Of a stretch of DNA of 64,000 nt, positions 31,064 through 40,890 are shown in pieces. Made by a program: the position numbers and the translations under genes. The stretch comes from Bacilli bacterium (GTDB lineage: Bacteria > Bacillota_I > Bacilli_A > ML615J-28 > CAG-698), in the NCBI GenBank assembly GCA_050953065.1, contig JBMNLZ010000002.1:160001-224000 (forward strand), given 5' to 3'. Every line of letters starts with the position of its first letter. Within the stretch, counting starts at the first letter, position 1. The notes beneath the pieces were generated by a model that did no database searches, was not told where the DNA came from, and saw nothing but the letters and a program-made list of their open reading frames with translations.

Positions 31064-31914
31064 ACTTTGCATATTATCTTCCTAAAAGTAAAAAAAAGCC
31101 AATCAATTTTACCTTAAAAGATATCAATTTATCAATCAATAAAGAAGATGAATTTATAGCAGTGATTGGTCATACCGGTAGTGGAAAGTCTACATTAGTT
31201 CAACTAATGAATGCTTTATTAATACCATCAACTGGAAAAATTAATCTTTTTGGGAATATAGTAGAACATAATAAAAAGCCATTATTAAAGCCTATTAGAC
31301 AACAAGCAGGCTTAGTTTTTCAGTTCCCTGAATATCAATTATTTGAAGAAACTGTGATTAAAGATATTTCGTTTGGTCCTAAAAACTTTGGCTTTTCTAA
31401 AGATGAAGCTCATAAACGGGCTTTAGAAGCTGCTAAAATGATGAATATAAAGGAAGAATTACTAGATAGAACTCCTTTTACTTTAAGTGGTGGGGAGATG
31501 AGAAAAGTAGCAATTGCAGGTATTCTTGCAAGTAATCCAGATGTCTTAATTTTAGATGAACCAACTGTTGGACTTGATCCTGTAAATAAGAGAGAAATGT
31601 TAGAATTATTAAGGAAATTTAATCAAGAATTACATAAAACTATCATTATAATTACTCATGATATGGATGTAGTTGGCGAGTATGCTAAGAAAGTATTGGT
31701 CTTAAAAGAAGGAAATATTGTTCATTTTGGAGATAAAGATAGTTTGTTTTCTGATGAAGAAAAGGTAAAAAATGCTAATTTAGACTATCCAGAAATGGTT
31801 AAAGTTTTAAGATATTTAAACGAAAAACTAAATTTAAATCTTAATTATTTGAAGTATAATAAGAAAGATGCTTATGAAGAGTTAAAGAAAGTAATTGGTG
31901 AAAAACATGAATAG
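31039..31914 (+). CDS. ecfA2: ECF transporter ATPase A2
   Basis: GHTGSGKST, VFQFPEYQLFEETV, LSGGEMRKVAIAG. Confidence 0.93.
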   Translation: MGLHFQEVNFAYYLPKSKKKPINFTLKDINLSINKEDEFIAVIGHTGSGKSTLVQLMNALLIPSTGKINLFGNIVEHNKKPLLKPIRQQAGLVFQFPEYQLFEETVIKDISFGPKNFGFSKDEAHKRALEAAKMMNIKEELLDRTPFTLSGGEMRKVAIAGILASNPDVLILDEPTVGLDPVNKREMLELLRKFNQELHKTIIIITHDMDVVGEYAKKVLVLKEGNIVHFGDKDSLFSDEEKVKNANLDYPEMVKVLRYLNEKLNLNLNYLKYNKKDAYEELKKVIGEKHE

Positions 31915-32884
31915 TAAAATTGTTTTTGGCCAATATTATCATGCTGATAGTTTGTTTCACAGAATGGATCCAAGATTAAAAATAATTTGTTTGTTTTTAA
32001 TGATGATTACTATCTTTTTAATCACTAATTTAGCAATTTTAGCGGGATTTTTGGCTTTTATTTTAGCTTTAATTTTGATTTCAAAAGTTCCAATTTCTAA
32101 GTTTATTAATAGTTTAAAATTTATATTTGTGATGCTTATTTTTACAATTATTTTTCAGTTATTATTTAATACAGGTGGTGCACTTTTAATAGGCTTTAAT
32201 TTTAGTTTAACTTACATTAATTTAAGTATTATAATTATTATTTTATTTTTATATTTTTTATCAAAAAAAATTATTAGAAAATATCGTTTTTCACTTTTCT
32301 TAATAATCTTTTTAGGTTCTTTTGTAATTCAATATTATTTAAATATTGGTCCAAAAATTGTTGATTATAATATTAGTATTTATGAACAAGGTTTCTTAAT
32401 GTCTACAAAGATAATTTTAAGGATTATTTGTTTGATTTTTATTTCTGCTTTACTAACTTTAACAACAAAACCAACTGATTTAAATAATGGGTTAGAATCT
32501 CTTTTTACACCATTAAAAATCATAAGAGTTAATACAAGTATTTTAGCGATGATGATTTCAATTGCTTTAAGATTTATTCCAACATTAATTAACGAAGCTA
32601 GTAAGATTTTAAAAGCTCAAGCATCTCGTGGAGTAGACTTTGTAGAAGGCAGACTTAAAGATAAAATTAATCAAATTATTGCTTTATTAATCCCAATGTT
32701 TGTTATTGCTTATAAAAGAGCAGAGGATTTAGCCTATGCAATGGAGGCTAGAGGCTATATTCCAGGTGAAAAGCGTACTAAAATAAGTGAACTTAAATAT
32801 AAGGTAAGTGATTGGATAATCTTTGGTTTTTGTCTTATTTTACTTGGAGTATTTATTTATTTGAAAGTTGAATATAAAATATGA
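31907..32884 (+). CDS. ecfT: ECF transporter transmembrane component T
   Basis: GQY..DS.FHRMDPRLK, IALRFIPT, AQASRG, AMEARGY. Confidence 0.93.
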   Translation: MNSKIVFGQYYHADSLFHRMDPRLKIICLFLMMITIFLITNLAILAGFLAFILALILISKVPISKFINSLKFIFVMLIFTIIFQLLFNTGGALLIGFNFSLTYINLSIIIIILFLYFLSKKIIRKYRFSLFLIIFLGSFVIQYYLNIGPKIVDYNISIYEQGFLMSTKIILRIICLIFISALLTLTTKPTDLNNGLESLFTPLKIIRVNTSILAMMISIALRFIPTLINEASKILKAQASRGVDFVEGRLKDKINQIIALLIPMFVIAYKRAEDLAYAMEARGYIPGEKRTKISELKYKVSDWIIFGFCLILLGVFIYLKVEYKI

Positions 32885-33609
32885 GATTTAAATGCACTGT
32901 TAAGTATGATGGAACACTATTTCATGGGTTTCAAGTTCAAAAAAACTTAAGAACTGTTCAAGCAGAAATTGAAAAGGTATTATTAATAATAAACAAGAAG
33001 AAAACAATACTTTATGCATCAGGAAGAACAGATGCTGGAGTTCATGCTTTAGCGCAAGTTTTTCATTTTGATACTGCTATAAAAATGAAACCAAGCAATT
33101 TAAAGAATGCTTTAAATTCTAGGCTTCCAAAAGATATTTATATTACTGAAGTTGAAGAAGTAAATGATGATTTTCACGCAAGGTTTTCTGCAGTCTCAAA
33201 AGAGTATCATTATTTAATTGAAACAGGTGAATATGATCCTTTATTAAAAAATTATAGATTTTTTTATAAGTATAATAATTTAGATGTTTCTTTAATGAAA
33301 GAAGCAGCTAAAATCTTTATCGGAAAACATGATTTTTCTAGCTTCACAAAAAATCACACTTTAGACGATTTAGAAAGAGAAATTTTTTCGCTTGAAATTG
33401 AAGAAAAAAACAGCCTTTTAATCCTAAAATTTAGAGCAAATGGCTTCCTTCACAACATGGTCAGAATTTTGGCTGCAATGTTAATAGAGGTCGGAAGATA
33501 TAAATACTCTCTTTCGGAATTAAAATACATTCTAGGGCAAAAAAACCGCAAATTAGCCCCAAAGATTTTGCCATCATCGGGGCTATACCTTTATAAAGTT
33601 TATTACTAG
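32881..33609 (+). CDS. truA: tRNA pseudouridine(38-40) synthase
   Basis: YDGTLFHGFQ, SGRTDAGVHA, GFLHNMVR. Confidence 0.96.
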   Translation: MRFKCTVKYDGTLFHGFQVQKNLRTVQAEIEKVLLIINKKKTILYASGRTDAGVHALAQVFHFDTAIKMKPSNLKNALNSRLPKDIYITEVEEVNDDFHARFSAVSKEYHYLIETGEYDPLLKNYRFFYKYNNLDVSLMKEAAKIFIGKHDFSSFTKNHTLDDLEREIFSLEIEEKNSLLILKFRANGFLHNMVRILAAMLIEVGRYKYSLSELKYILGQKNRKLAPKILPSSGLYLYKVYY

Positions 33610-33738
33610 TGAAAAAAAGCCAAAATTTGCGTTTTTTTAAAAAGTGTTAAATTGATAAAAAAATGAATAAAAAATAAAAAGCTTACTTTTACAAAGAAAA
33701 ATAAGCTTTTTTTGATTCTAAATTTAAGGGTATAAAAA

Positions 33739-34632
33739 TTAAGAAATTTGTGTTTTATTTGCTTGATGTTGTTTAATTCTTTTTTTGATTCCAGCATACA
33801 TAATAACAAACACTAAAATGATTAAGTTTAGTAATACAATTGTGGCTCCAGTAGGCCATCCTGCGTAGTAACTAAAAACAAACCCGCAAACAATCGAAAC
33901 TTCTGAAATTATAATTGAAATGATAATTGTTTTTGTAAAACTATCGCCAATTAAAATTGCGGTTGCGATTGGGACGATTAATAAGGCTGAAATTAATAAA
34001 ACTCCTATCGTATCTATGAAGATAGAAATAACAATTGCTAGGATAATTGTTAGTAGTGTTTGCATTGCTTTTACGTTAAGCCCGCAAACTTGTGCGTATC
34101 TTTCATCAAAACATAGTTGTACAATCTGTTTATAGAAGAAAACTGCAATTAAAATGATTGAAACTGTAATAATTATAATAGTAATTAATAATTTTAAGGA
34201 AACGTTATATATATTTCCAAATAATAACTGATTTGTAAGGTTAGAAGTACCTCCACCACTTAAGGAAATAAATAAACTACTAAGGCCAACTCCTAGTGAT
34301 AAAACAATAGGCATGGACAATTCTTTATAGTTTTTATAAAGACCTCTAAGTTTTTCAATTAGAAAAGTACCACCAATTGAGAAAATTACCCCTAAAACGA
34401 TAGGGTCTAGAAACTTTATCATTACAATTTTAGATAAATAAACTCCAATACAAACTCCTGCTAGTGAAAAGTGACTTAAGGTATCAGCGATAAAAGATAA
34501 ACGTTTTATAACAACTACAGTCCCAAGAAGTGGAGCTAATATACCGATTAAAATAGCTGCGATAAAAGGCCATCTTATCCATTCTTTTTCAATCAATAAA
34601 GAGAAGAAATTTAAAATTAAAATATGGTTCAT
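33739..34632 (-). CDS. znuB: Zn/Mn ABC transporter permease
   Basis: LSFIADTLSHFSLAGV, LLFGNI, IGVLLISALL.VP. Confidence 0.88.
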   Translation of the reverse strand: MNHILILNFFSLLIEKEWIRWPFIAAILIGILAPLLGTVVVIKRLSFIADTLSHFSLAGVCIGVYLSKIVMIKFLDPIVLGVIFSIGGTFLIEKLRGLYKNYKELSMPIVLSLGVGLSSLFISLSGGGTSNLTNQLLFGNIYNVSLKLLITIIIITVSIILIAVFFYKQIVQLCFDERYAQVCGLNVKAMQTLLTIILAIVISIFIDTIGVLLISALLIVPIATAILIGDSFTKTIIISIIISEVSIVCGFVFSYYAGWPTGATIVLLNLIILVFVIMYAGIKKRIKQHQANKTQIS

Positions 34633-35276
34633 TATTTTTCTCCTGCTTTCTTAAAAGAATAAGTTAGCGAATCATCTAAGAATAAATAATAATCACTTAA
34701 ACCTTCAACGAATTTTATATCGTGGCTAATTAAAATAATAGTTATTTTTTCTTCTTTTAATTCTTTTAATATTTGATAAACAGCTTTCATGTTTTCAATA
34801 TCAACTCCAACTGTTGGTTCATCTAGAATTAAGAGTTTAGGTTTTGTTAGTAAAGCACGAGCAATAAAGATTCTTTGGATTTGTCCGCCTGATAAATTAT
34901 TAATGTTTTCATTCATTATTTTTGTTAGGTCTAATCTATTAACAATTTCATCAAAAAGTTCATCTTTTTTATGATTATAAAATGAAGTTAAAATTTCAGA
35001 AACTGTGATTGGAAATTCGTAATTAAAATTATCTTTTTGAGGAACATATCCAATGTTTCTGAAACGTTTAATGTCATTTACATCAATATCATCTAAAAAA
35101 ATCATGGAATTTGGGATCTTAACAAGCTTTAAAAGACACTTTATAAAGGTTGTTTTACCGCTTCCGTTTTTACCGAATATTGTTAAAAAATCTCCGCTTG
35201 CAAGCGAAAATGAAATGTCATTTAGTATTAATTTTTGAGTATAACCGAAGGTAAGATTATTAACATTTACTCTCAA
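34632..35276 (-). CDS. znuC: Zn/Mn ABC transporter ATPase
   Basis: GKNGSGKTT, IGYVPQ, LSGGQIQR, LDEPTVGVD. Confidence 0.88.
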   Translation of the reverse strand: MRVNVNNLTFGYTQKLILNDISFSLASGDFLTIFGKNGSGKTTFIKCLLKLVKIPNSMIFLDDIDVNDIKRFRNIGYVPQKDNFNYEFPITVSEILTSFYNHKKDELFDEIVNRLDLTKIMNENINNLSGGQIQRIFIARALLTKPKLLILDEPTVGVDIENMKAVYQILKELKEEKITIILISHDIKFVEGLSDYYLFLDDSLTYSFKKAGEK

Positions 35277-35407
35277 AGTAAGTCACCACCTCAAAATAAT
35301 TTTACCATAATGAGTATATTATCTCAAGTATTAAAAAAAACATTTATTTTTTTAACCAAATGTGAGATAATAGACAAGAGGTAAAATTTTAAACAGGAGA
35401 TAAAAAA

Positions 35408-36031
35408 ATGTCTAAAGGAATTTTTATTACATTTGAAGGCGGAGAAGGTAGTGGGAAGACTACATTAATCCAATTAATAAAGGAACATTTAGAAAGCCTA
35501 AATTATAAAGTTGTTTCAACTAGAGAACCAGGTGGAGGTAGAATAGCTGAGGCGATTAGAAATATCATTTTAGATGTTAATAATCCTGATATGGATTATA
35601 AAACTGAAGCCTTACTTTATGCTAGCAGTAGACGTCAACATTTAGTTGATGTTGTCAAGCCAGCTTTAGAAAAGGGTTGTGTAGTTTTATGCGATAGATA
35701 TCTTGATAGTTCGCTTGCCTATCAAGGTTATGCAAGAGGGTTAGGGATAAAAGAAGTCTATAAAGTTAATCAATATGCAACAGAAGGAATCTTGCCTAAA
35801 ATAACTTTCTTTATAGATGTAGCTCCAGAGGTTGGATTATCTAGAATAAAGAAAAATAATCGTGATGAAAATAGACTTGATATTGAAAAAATAACTTTTC
35901 ATGAAGCAGTCTATAAGGGTTATAAAATAGTTGCTAAAAAATTCAAAAAAAGAATCCATGTTATTGATGGAGCACGTGATATAAATGAAGTGTATAAGGA
36001 TATTATTAAAATAATTCTTGAAAAAATTTAA
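35408..36031 (+). CDS. tmk: Thymidylate kinase
   Basis: FITFEGGEGSGKTT, TREPGG, CDRYLDSSLAYQG. Confidence 0.97.
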   Translation: MSKGIFITFEGGEGSGKTTLIQLIKEHLESLNYKVVSTREPGGGRIAEAIRNIILDVNNPDMDYKTEALLYASSRRQHLVDVVKPALEKGCVVLCDRYLDSSLAYQGYARGLGIKEVYKVNQYATEGILPKITFFIDVAPEVGLSRIKKNNRDENRLDIEKITFHEAVYKGYKIVAKKFKKRIHVIDGARDINEVYKDIIKIILEKI

Positions 36032-36042
36032 GGGAGAATAAA

Positions 36043-37029
36043 ATGAATTTTGATGATTTAAAAAATAATCAAAAGGAAGTAATAAGATTACTTGAAAATA
36101 CAGTCGAAAAAGAAAGACTAGTTCATACATATTTATTTGAAGGAGTTAAAGGAACTCCTAAAATAGAAGCAGCCTATTATTTAGCAATGCTTATATTATG
36201 TGAAGAATTAACAGATAAAAAACCATGCTTAAAATGTAGGCAATGTGTTAATGCAATGGCTGAGAATAATATTAATATATATGTAGTAAGGCCTGATAAA
36301 GAAACAATTAAAAAAGAGCAGATTAGAGATTTAGAATATGAGTTTGCTCATAGTGCACTTGAAGGTGGAAAAAGAGTTTTTATCATTGAAGATATTGATA
36401 AAGCAACTTTAGAAGCTGCCAATTCACTTTTAAAATTCTTAGAAGAATCAAATGATTCTAATTATGGTATACTAATAACAGATAATATTCAAAAAGTTTT
36501 ACTAACTATTAAATCAAGAAGTCAAGTGATTAGTTTTAGAGAAGTCCCTCGTGCAACATTAATTAATGAATTAGAAAAAGAGGGTATTCCAAGAGAAGAT
36601 GCTACAATTTATGCTAGTATAACAAACGATTTAAAAGAAGCATTAGAATATCATACAGATAGTAAAGTAAAACAAATTATAGAATTAGTAAAAGAAATAG
36701 GAAGAGTTTTAATTTTAAGAAGTAGAAGTGCTACAGTTGTTTTATTTAAAAATGGAGTTTTTTTATTAAAAGAACAACTAAAAAAATATCATTATATATT
36801 TGTTGATTTATTGATTGTTCATTTAAATGATCAATTATTAAGTTTATCTGATCAAAAAGATAAAATGATCTTTTATGAAGATATTTCAAAAATTGATAAT
36901 TATATTATTAATGATATTGCTAAGACTAGTCGTTTAATTGAAAAATTATTTGAATTTAGAAATAGACTAAATTATAATGTAAATATTGAATTAATGTATT
37001 GTCAAATGTTAGAAGAAATTGCGAGGTAA
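36043..37029 (+). CDS. holB: DNA polymerase III delta' subunit
   Basis: HTYLFEG, C...CLKCRQC, AANSLLKFLEE, TIKSRSQ. Confidence 0.92.
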   Translation: MNFDDLKNNQKEVIRLLENTVEKERLVHTYLFEGVKGTPKIEAAYYLAMLILCEELTDKKPCLKCRQCVNAMAENNINIYVVRPDKETIKKEQIRDLEYEFAHSALEGGKRVFIIEDIDKATLEAANSLLKFLEESNDSNYGILITDNIQKVLLTIKSRSQVISFREVPRATLINELEKEGIPREDATIYASITNDLKEALEYHTDSKVKQIIELVKEIGRVLILRSRSATVVLFKNGVFLLKEQLKKYHYIFVDLLIVHLNDQLLSLSDQKDKMIFYEDISKIDNYIINDIAKTSRLIEKLFEFRNRLNYNVNIELMYCQMLEEIAR

Positions 37030-37031
37030 TT

Positions 37032-38030
37032 ATGGTAAAAGTTGTTGGCATCGGGTTTAAAGAGGTTGGAAAAATATATTGGTTTGATCCTAAAAACTTT
37101 CAACTTAAAAAAGGTGATAATGTTATAGTAGAAACAGTTCGTGGAATTGAAATTGGTGAGGTAATTGAAGATATTAAAGAAGTTGATGAGAAATCTTTAG
37201 AACATGAGTTAAAACCGATAATGAGAATTGCATCACAAAAAGATATTGAAAGACAAAAAGAAAATGAAGCTCAAGCATTAAAAGATAATGAAGTATGTAA
37301 AAAATTAATTGCAGAACATAATCTTGAAATGAAACTTTTGGGTTGTGAATATACTTTAGATAGACAAAAGATTATTATCTATTATAATGCAGAAGGTAGA
37401 ATTGATTTTAGAGAACTATTAAAAGATTTAGCAGCTAACTTTAGAGCACGAATTGAGCTACGCCAAATCGGCCCAAGAGAAGGTGCTAAGATAGTTGGTG
37501 GGATTGGGACTTGTGGAAGATGTCTATGTTGTACAACTCACATTAGAGATTTTGATGTAGTTTCAATGAAGATGGCCAAAGATCAAGGCATGAATTTAAG
37601 TTCAAATAAAATTACTGGAGTTTGTGGGAAACTGATGTGTTGTATAGCTTATGAGTTTCCTATATATGAGGAATTGAGAAAAACAATTCCAGGTGTTGGT
37701 GAGATTGTAGATACACCAGATTGTGAAGGGTGTAAAGTTTCTGCAGTTAACTATGTTAGTAAAAAGGTAACTGTAGTTAATGAAGATAAACAACAAACTT
37801 TTGATGCAAAAGAAGTAGTTAGAAAAAATAAACCGCATCATCATGAAAAGAAAGAAAAAGAAGAAAAAGAAGAACAGGATACAAAAGAAACTCTAACTGC
37901 TAAAGATAATCAACCTCAAATGCCAAAACAAAACCCAAATCAAAAGAATAAACAAAATCCAAATAAAAAAAATAAAAAACACAAACAAAAAAAACCAAAG
38001 GGAAAAAATGAGCCAAGAAATAATTCATGA
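37032..38030 (+). CDS. ricT: PSP1/YaaT (RicT) family protein with a low-complexity K/Q/N tail
   Basis: GRIDFRELLKDLA, GIGTCGRCLCC, ITGVCGKLMCC. Confidence 0.92.
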   Translation: MVKVVGIGFKEVGKIYWFDPKNFQLKKGDNVIVETVRGIEIGEVIEDIKEVDEKSLEHELKPIMRIASQKDIERQKENEAQALKDNEVCKKLIAEHNLEMKLLGCEYTLDRQKIIIYYNAEGRIDFRELLKDLAANFRARIELRQIGPREGAKIVGGIGTCGRCLCCTTHIRDFDVVSMKMAKDQGMNLSSNKITGVCGKLMCCIAYEFPIYEELRKTIPGVGEIVDTPDCEGCKVSAVNYVSKKVTVVNEDKQQTFDAKEVVRKNKPHHHEKKEKEEKEEQDTKETLTAKDNQPQMPKQNPNQKNKQNPNKKNKKHKQKKPKGKNEPRNNS

Positions 38031-38751
38031 GCTATTAGGGTATGATTACATTAAAATAGTCCAGCGCCCTGATATGTTTAACTTTTCGCTAGATTCTATT
38101 CTATTAGCTGATTTTGTTGAAGTTAAAAAAAGTGTTAAAAAGATTGTTGATTTAGGGTGTGGGAATGCTCCTATTCCACTTTTCTTAACCCTAAAAACAA
38201 AGGCCTTAATTTATGGGGTTGAAATTCAAAAAGATGTTTATGAGTTAGCACTTAAAAGTGTTAAACTAAATAACTTAGAAAACCAAATTAAAATTATTAA
38301 TGCGGATTTAAAAGATATTTATAAACAAATTAATCCTAATGAATTTGAAATAGTTATTTCAAATCCTCCTTATTTTAAATATTTACCAAGTAGTAATACA
38401 AATAAGAATGATTATTTAACTATTGCTCGTCATGAGGTTTTAGCCTCATTAGAAGATATAATAATAGAGGCTAAAAAATTGCTTGTTGATAGAGGCCAGT
38501 TTTATTTGATTCATCGAGCAGAGAGATTATCTGAGATTATGATTCTTTTAAATAAATATAAGTTTAGTATCAAAAAATTAAGATTTGTTTATCCTAAAAA
38601 AGATGATAAAGAAGCCTTGCTAGTTTTAGTTGAAGCAAGATTAAATGCTAGTGAAGGACTAAAGGTTATTAAACCTTTATATGTTTATGAGGAAGAAAAT
38701 GTTTATTCTAAAGAAGTTGAAAAAATATTTAATTTCCCTAAACAAAAATAA
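38008..38751 (+). CDS. tRNA1(Val) A37 N6-methyltransferase (YabB/TrmN6)
   Basis: FSLDSILLADF, DLGCGNA, NPPYF, ARHE. Confidence 0.9.
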   Translation: MSQEIIHELLGYDYIKIVQRPDMFNFSLDSILLADFVEVKKSVKKIVDLGCGNAPIPLFLTLKTKALIYGVEIQKDVYELALKSVKLNNLENQIKIINADLKDIYKQINPNEFEIVISNPPYFKYLPSSNTNKNDYLTIARHEVLASLEDIIIEAKKLLVDRGQFYLIHRAERLSEIMILLNKYKFSIKKLRFVYPKKDDKEALLVLVEARLNASEGLKVIKPLYVYEEENVYSKEVEKIFNFPKQK

Positions 38752-38791
38752 AGTAATATGATATAATTGATAATAAGGAGAGTGAAATTTT

Positions 38792-39196
38792 ATGTATTTA
38801 AGTCTTTTATCAAAAGAAGAAAAGTTTCATTTTATTGATTTACTAATTAAGGTTGTTTCAATTGATGGTGGAACTAATGAAACTGAATTACAAGTTATTA
38901 ATCGTTTAAAATATGAAATGGGTGAAGATGTTAATAAATATAAGAAAAGCAATGCAACAGTTGAAGAATTAATTAAGTATTTTTCTGAAAAAACAAAAAT
39001 TACTAAAAATGTTGTTTACATGAATTTAGTTAGTGCTTCAATTTTTGATGATTCTTATAGTGTTGAAGAACATCTATTATTAGAACAAATCCAAGAAGCA
39101 TTAGAGATAAACGATAAAGTAAAAGCTGAATTAATGCGTGTTATCTATGCTGAAAGAGATTTAAGAAATAAAGCATTAAAGGCGATTAGCGGATGA
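38792..39196 (+). CDS. Hypothetical protein, TerB-like fold suspected
   Basis: IDGGTNETE and DDSYSVEEHLLL..I..AL pattern resembling TerB-like proteins; RBS present. Confidence 0.55.
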   Translation: MYLSLLSKEEKFHFIDLLIKVVSIDGGTNETELQVINRLKYEMGEDVNKYKKSNATVEELIKYFSEKTKITKNVVYMNLVSASIFDDSYSVEEHLLLEQIQEALEINDKVKAELMRVIYAERDLRNKALKAISG

Positions 39197-40047
39197 TTAT
39201 ACAAAAGTCGAATTTAAATGATAAACAAACTCTATATATTGTAGCAACTCCAATTGGGAATTTAAACGATATGACCTATAGAGGGGTTATGATATTAAAA
39301 GAGGTCAGTTTTATCTTTGCAGAAGACACTAGAGTGACTAAGGGATTACTTAGTCATTTTAATATTAGTACGCCTTTAATTAGTTGCCATGAATATAATG
39401 AAGAAGAAAGAATAAGTTTGATTAAAGAAAAATTAAGAAGTAATTTAAATGTAGCACTAGTAAGTGATGCTGGGATGCCTTTAATAAGTGACCCAGGATA
39501 TAAAATAGTAAAAGCAGTGCTTGATGAAGGATTTAATGTTGTAAGTTTGCCGGGCGCTAATGCCTTTTTAACAGCACTAGTAGCATCAGGTCTATCAACT
39601 GATAAGTTTTTATTTTATGGATTTTTAGACCATAAAAATACTAAAAAAGAAAAAGAGTTAACATCATTAGTTGATTATAAAGAAACTTTAATCTTTTATG
39701 AATCTCCTTTAAGATTAAAAGATACTCTTATATTAATAAAAAAAGTGATGGGAAATAGAAGTGTTGTTGTAGCACGTGAGTTGACTAAAAAGTATGAAGA
39801 ATATATTAGAGGTTCAGTTAGTGAAGTGCTTGATGTGCTTGATAATATTAAAGGAGAAATTGTTTTATTAGTAGAAGGTGCCAAAGAAGATAGCATTTTA
39901 AAAGAATTAAATGATAAATCAATTATTGAACATTATGAATTTTATTTACTTCAAAATTTAGAAACAATGGATGCGATGAAGAAGGTTGCTAAAGATAGAG
40001 GAATTTCAAAAAGTGAAGTATATGCGATGGTAAAAAAGAAAAATTAA
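39193..40047 (+). CDS. rsmI: 16S rRNA C1402 2'-O-methyltransferase
   Basis: LYIVATPIGNL, AEDTR, VSDAGMPLISDPG, ARELTKKYEE. Confidence 0.97.
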   Translation: MIIQKSNLNDKQTLYIVATPIGNLNDMTYRGVMILKEVSFIFAEDTRVTKGLLSHFNISTPLISCHEYNEEERISLIKEKLRSNLNVALVSDAGMPLISDPGYKIVKAVLDEGFNVVSLPGANAFLTALVASGLSTDKFLFYGFLDHKNTKKEKELTSLVDYKETLIFYESPLRLKDTLILIKKVMGNRSVVVARELTKKYEEYIRGSVSEVLDVLDNIKGEIVLLVEGAKEDSILKELNDKSIIEHYEFYLLQNLETMDAMKKVAKDRGISKSEVYAMVKKKN

Positions 40048-40051
40048 AAAC

Positions 40052-40162
40052 TTTTCTAATTGTAAAGAATTGACTATTTATGTTGAAGCCGAAAACAAAC
40101 CAAGTGCTTGGCATGATGATTGGTGTTGGGCTCCTATACCAGTTGTTTGGGGGATATTCTAA
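40052..40162 (+). pseudogene. Start-less orphan fragment encoding a BspA-type LRR C-terminal cap
   Basis: Manual translation FSNCKELTIYVEAENKPSAWHDDWCWAPIPVVWGIF*, matching the C-terminus of 42832..44457 and the fragment at 44458..44622. Confidence 0.75.
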
Positions 40163-40247
40163 ATAATTTTAATATTGTCTTTAAAACATTTTGATTATTG
40201 TTATATAAGATGGTATAATAAAGCTATAAAAGAAAGGAATGTTAATT

Positions 40248-40847
40248 ATGAAAAAATTATATTTATTTTTTATGTTTATAGTATTTGCTTTGATTTTTGT
40301 TGGTTGTGAATTTAGTGAAGAAAGCAAACTAGCCTTACAAAAATCTACAGCTGAAATTGCTATAACTCTAAATTTGCCACCTAGCGATAGGAATTCTAAT
40401 TTAGTATATGATTGGGATTCGTTAAACCAAATTGTAGAAGATGCTAAAGCACTGCTAGAAGATGCTCTTACTAAAGAAGAAATTGATAATATTGTAGAAG
40501 AAGCTAAAACTGCTATTGAAGGATATTTATTAAGTGATGAAACTAAAGATTTAATTAAAGAAAAGTTTTTAGAAGAATATGAATATGAACTAGATGCAAG
40601 ATATTATGGTAGGTATAAAAATGCATATGTCTTCTTTATCAACAAATATACTGAAGAAGGTCCTAATGAACCAAAGAATGCAACTATTCAAACTTATACA
40701 TTCCAACATAATGCCGATTGGTTAATGATAGCTTGGGAGACTGATACTTTTTATAATTTAGAAGAAGCAGCAGTTTTTGAAGAAGGAATCCTAACTAAAG
40801 ATGATGTTTATAGAATGTATAGTATTCATCATAATTGGAGAGATTAA
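40248..40847 (+). CDS. Lipoprotein of unknown function
   Basis: MKKLYL...FVGC lipobox; acidic helical region. Confidence 0.75.
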   Translation: MKKLYLFFMFIVFALIFVGCEFSEESKLALQKSTAEIAITLNLPPSDRNSNLVYDWDSLNQIVEDAKALLEDALTKEEIDNIVEEAKTAIEGYLLSDETKDLIKEKFLEEYEYELDARYYGRYKNAYVFFINKYTEEGPNEPKNATIQTYTFQHNADWLMIAWETDTFYNLEEAAVFEEGILTKDDVYRMYSIHHNWRD

Positions 40848-40860
40848 TAATTAAAATAAG

Positions 40861-40890
40861 AAACAGCATTTCATTTGAAATGCTGTTTTT
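40861..40890. terminator. Bidirectional terminator
   Basis: AAACAGCATTTCA-t-TTGAAATGCTGTTTTT between convergent genes. Confidence 0.8.

Noticed and set aside
35300-35330. dif/Xer site (CATAATGAGTATATTATCTCAA)
   Set aside because: Spacer is 8 rather than 6 bp, the XerD arm is poor, and the sequence is explained by the znuC promoter on the minus strand.
37830-38030. K/Q/N-rich tail of RicT as a frameshift or separate gene
   Set aside because: It is in frame and continuous up to the overlap with the next gene; low-complexity tails are common in this family.
40081-40165. GC-richer intergenic stretch as tRNA or riboswitch
   Set aside because: No cloverleaf, TTCGA or known aptamer core; better explained as an LRR-cap coding remnant.
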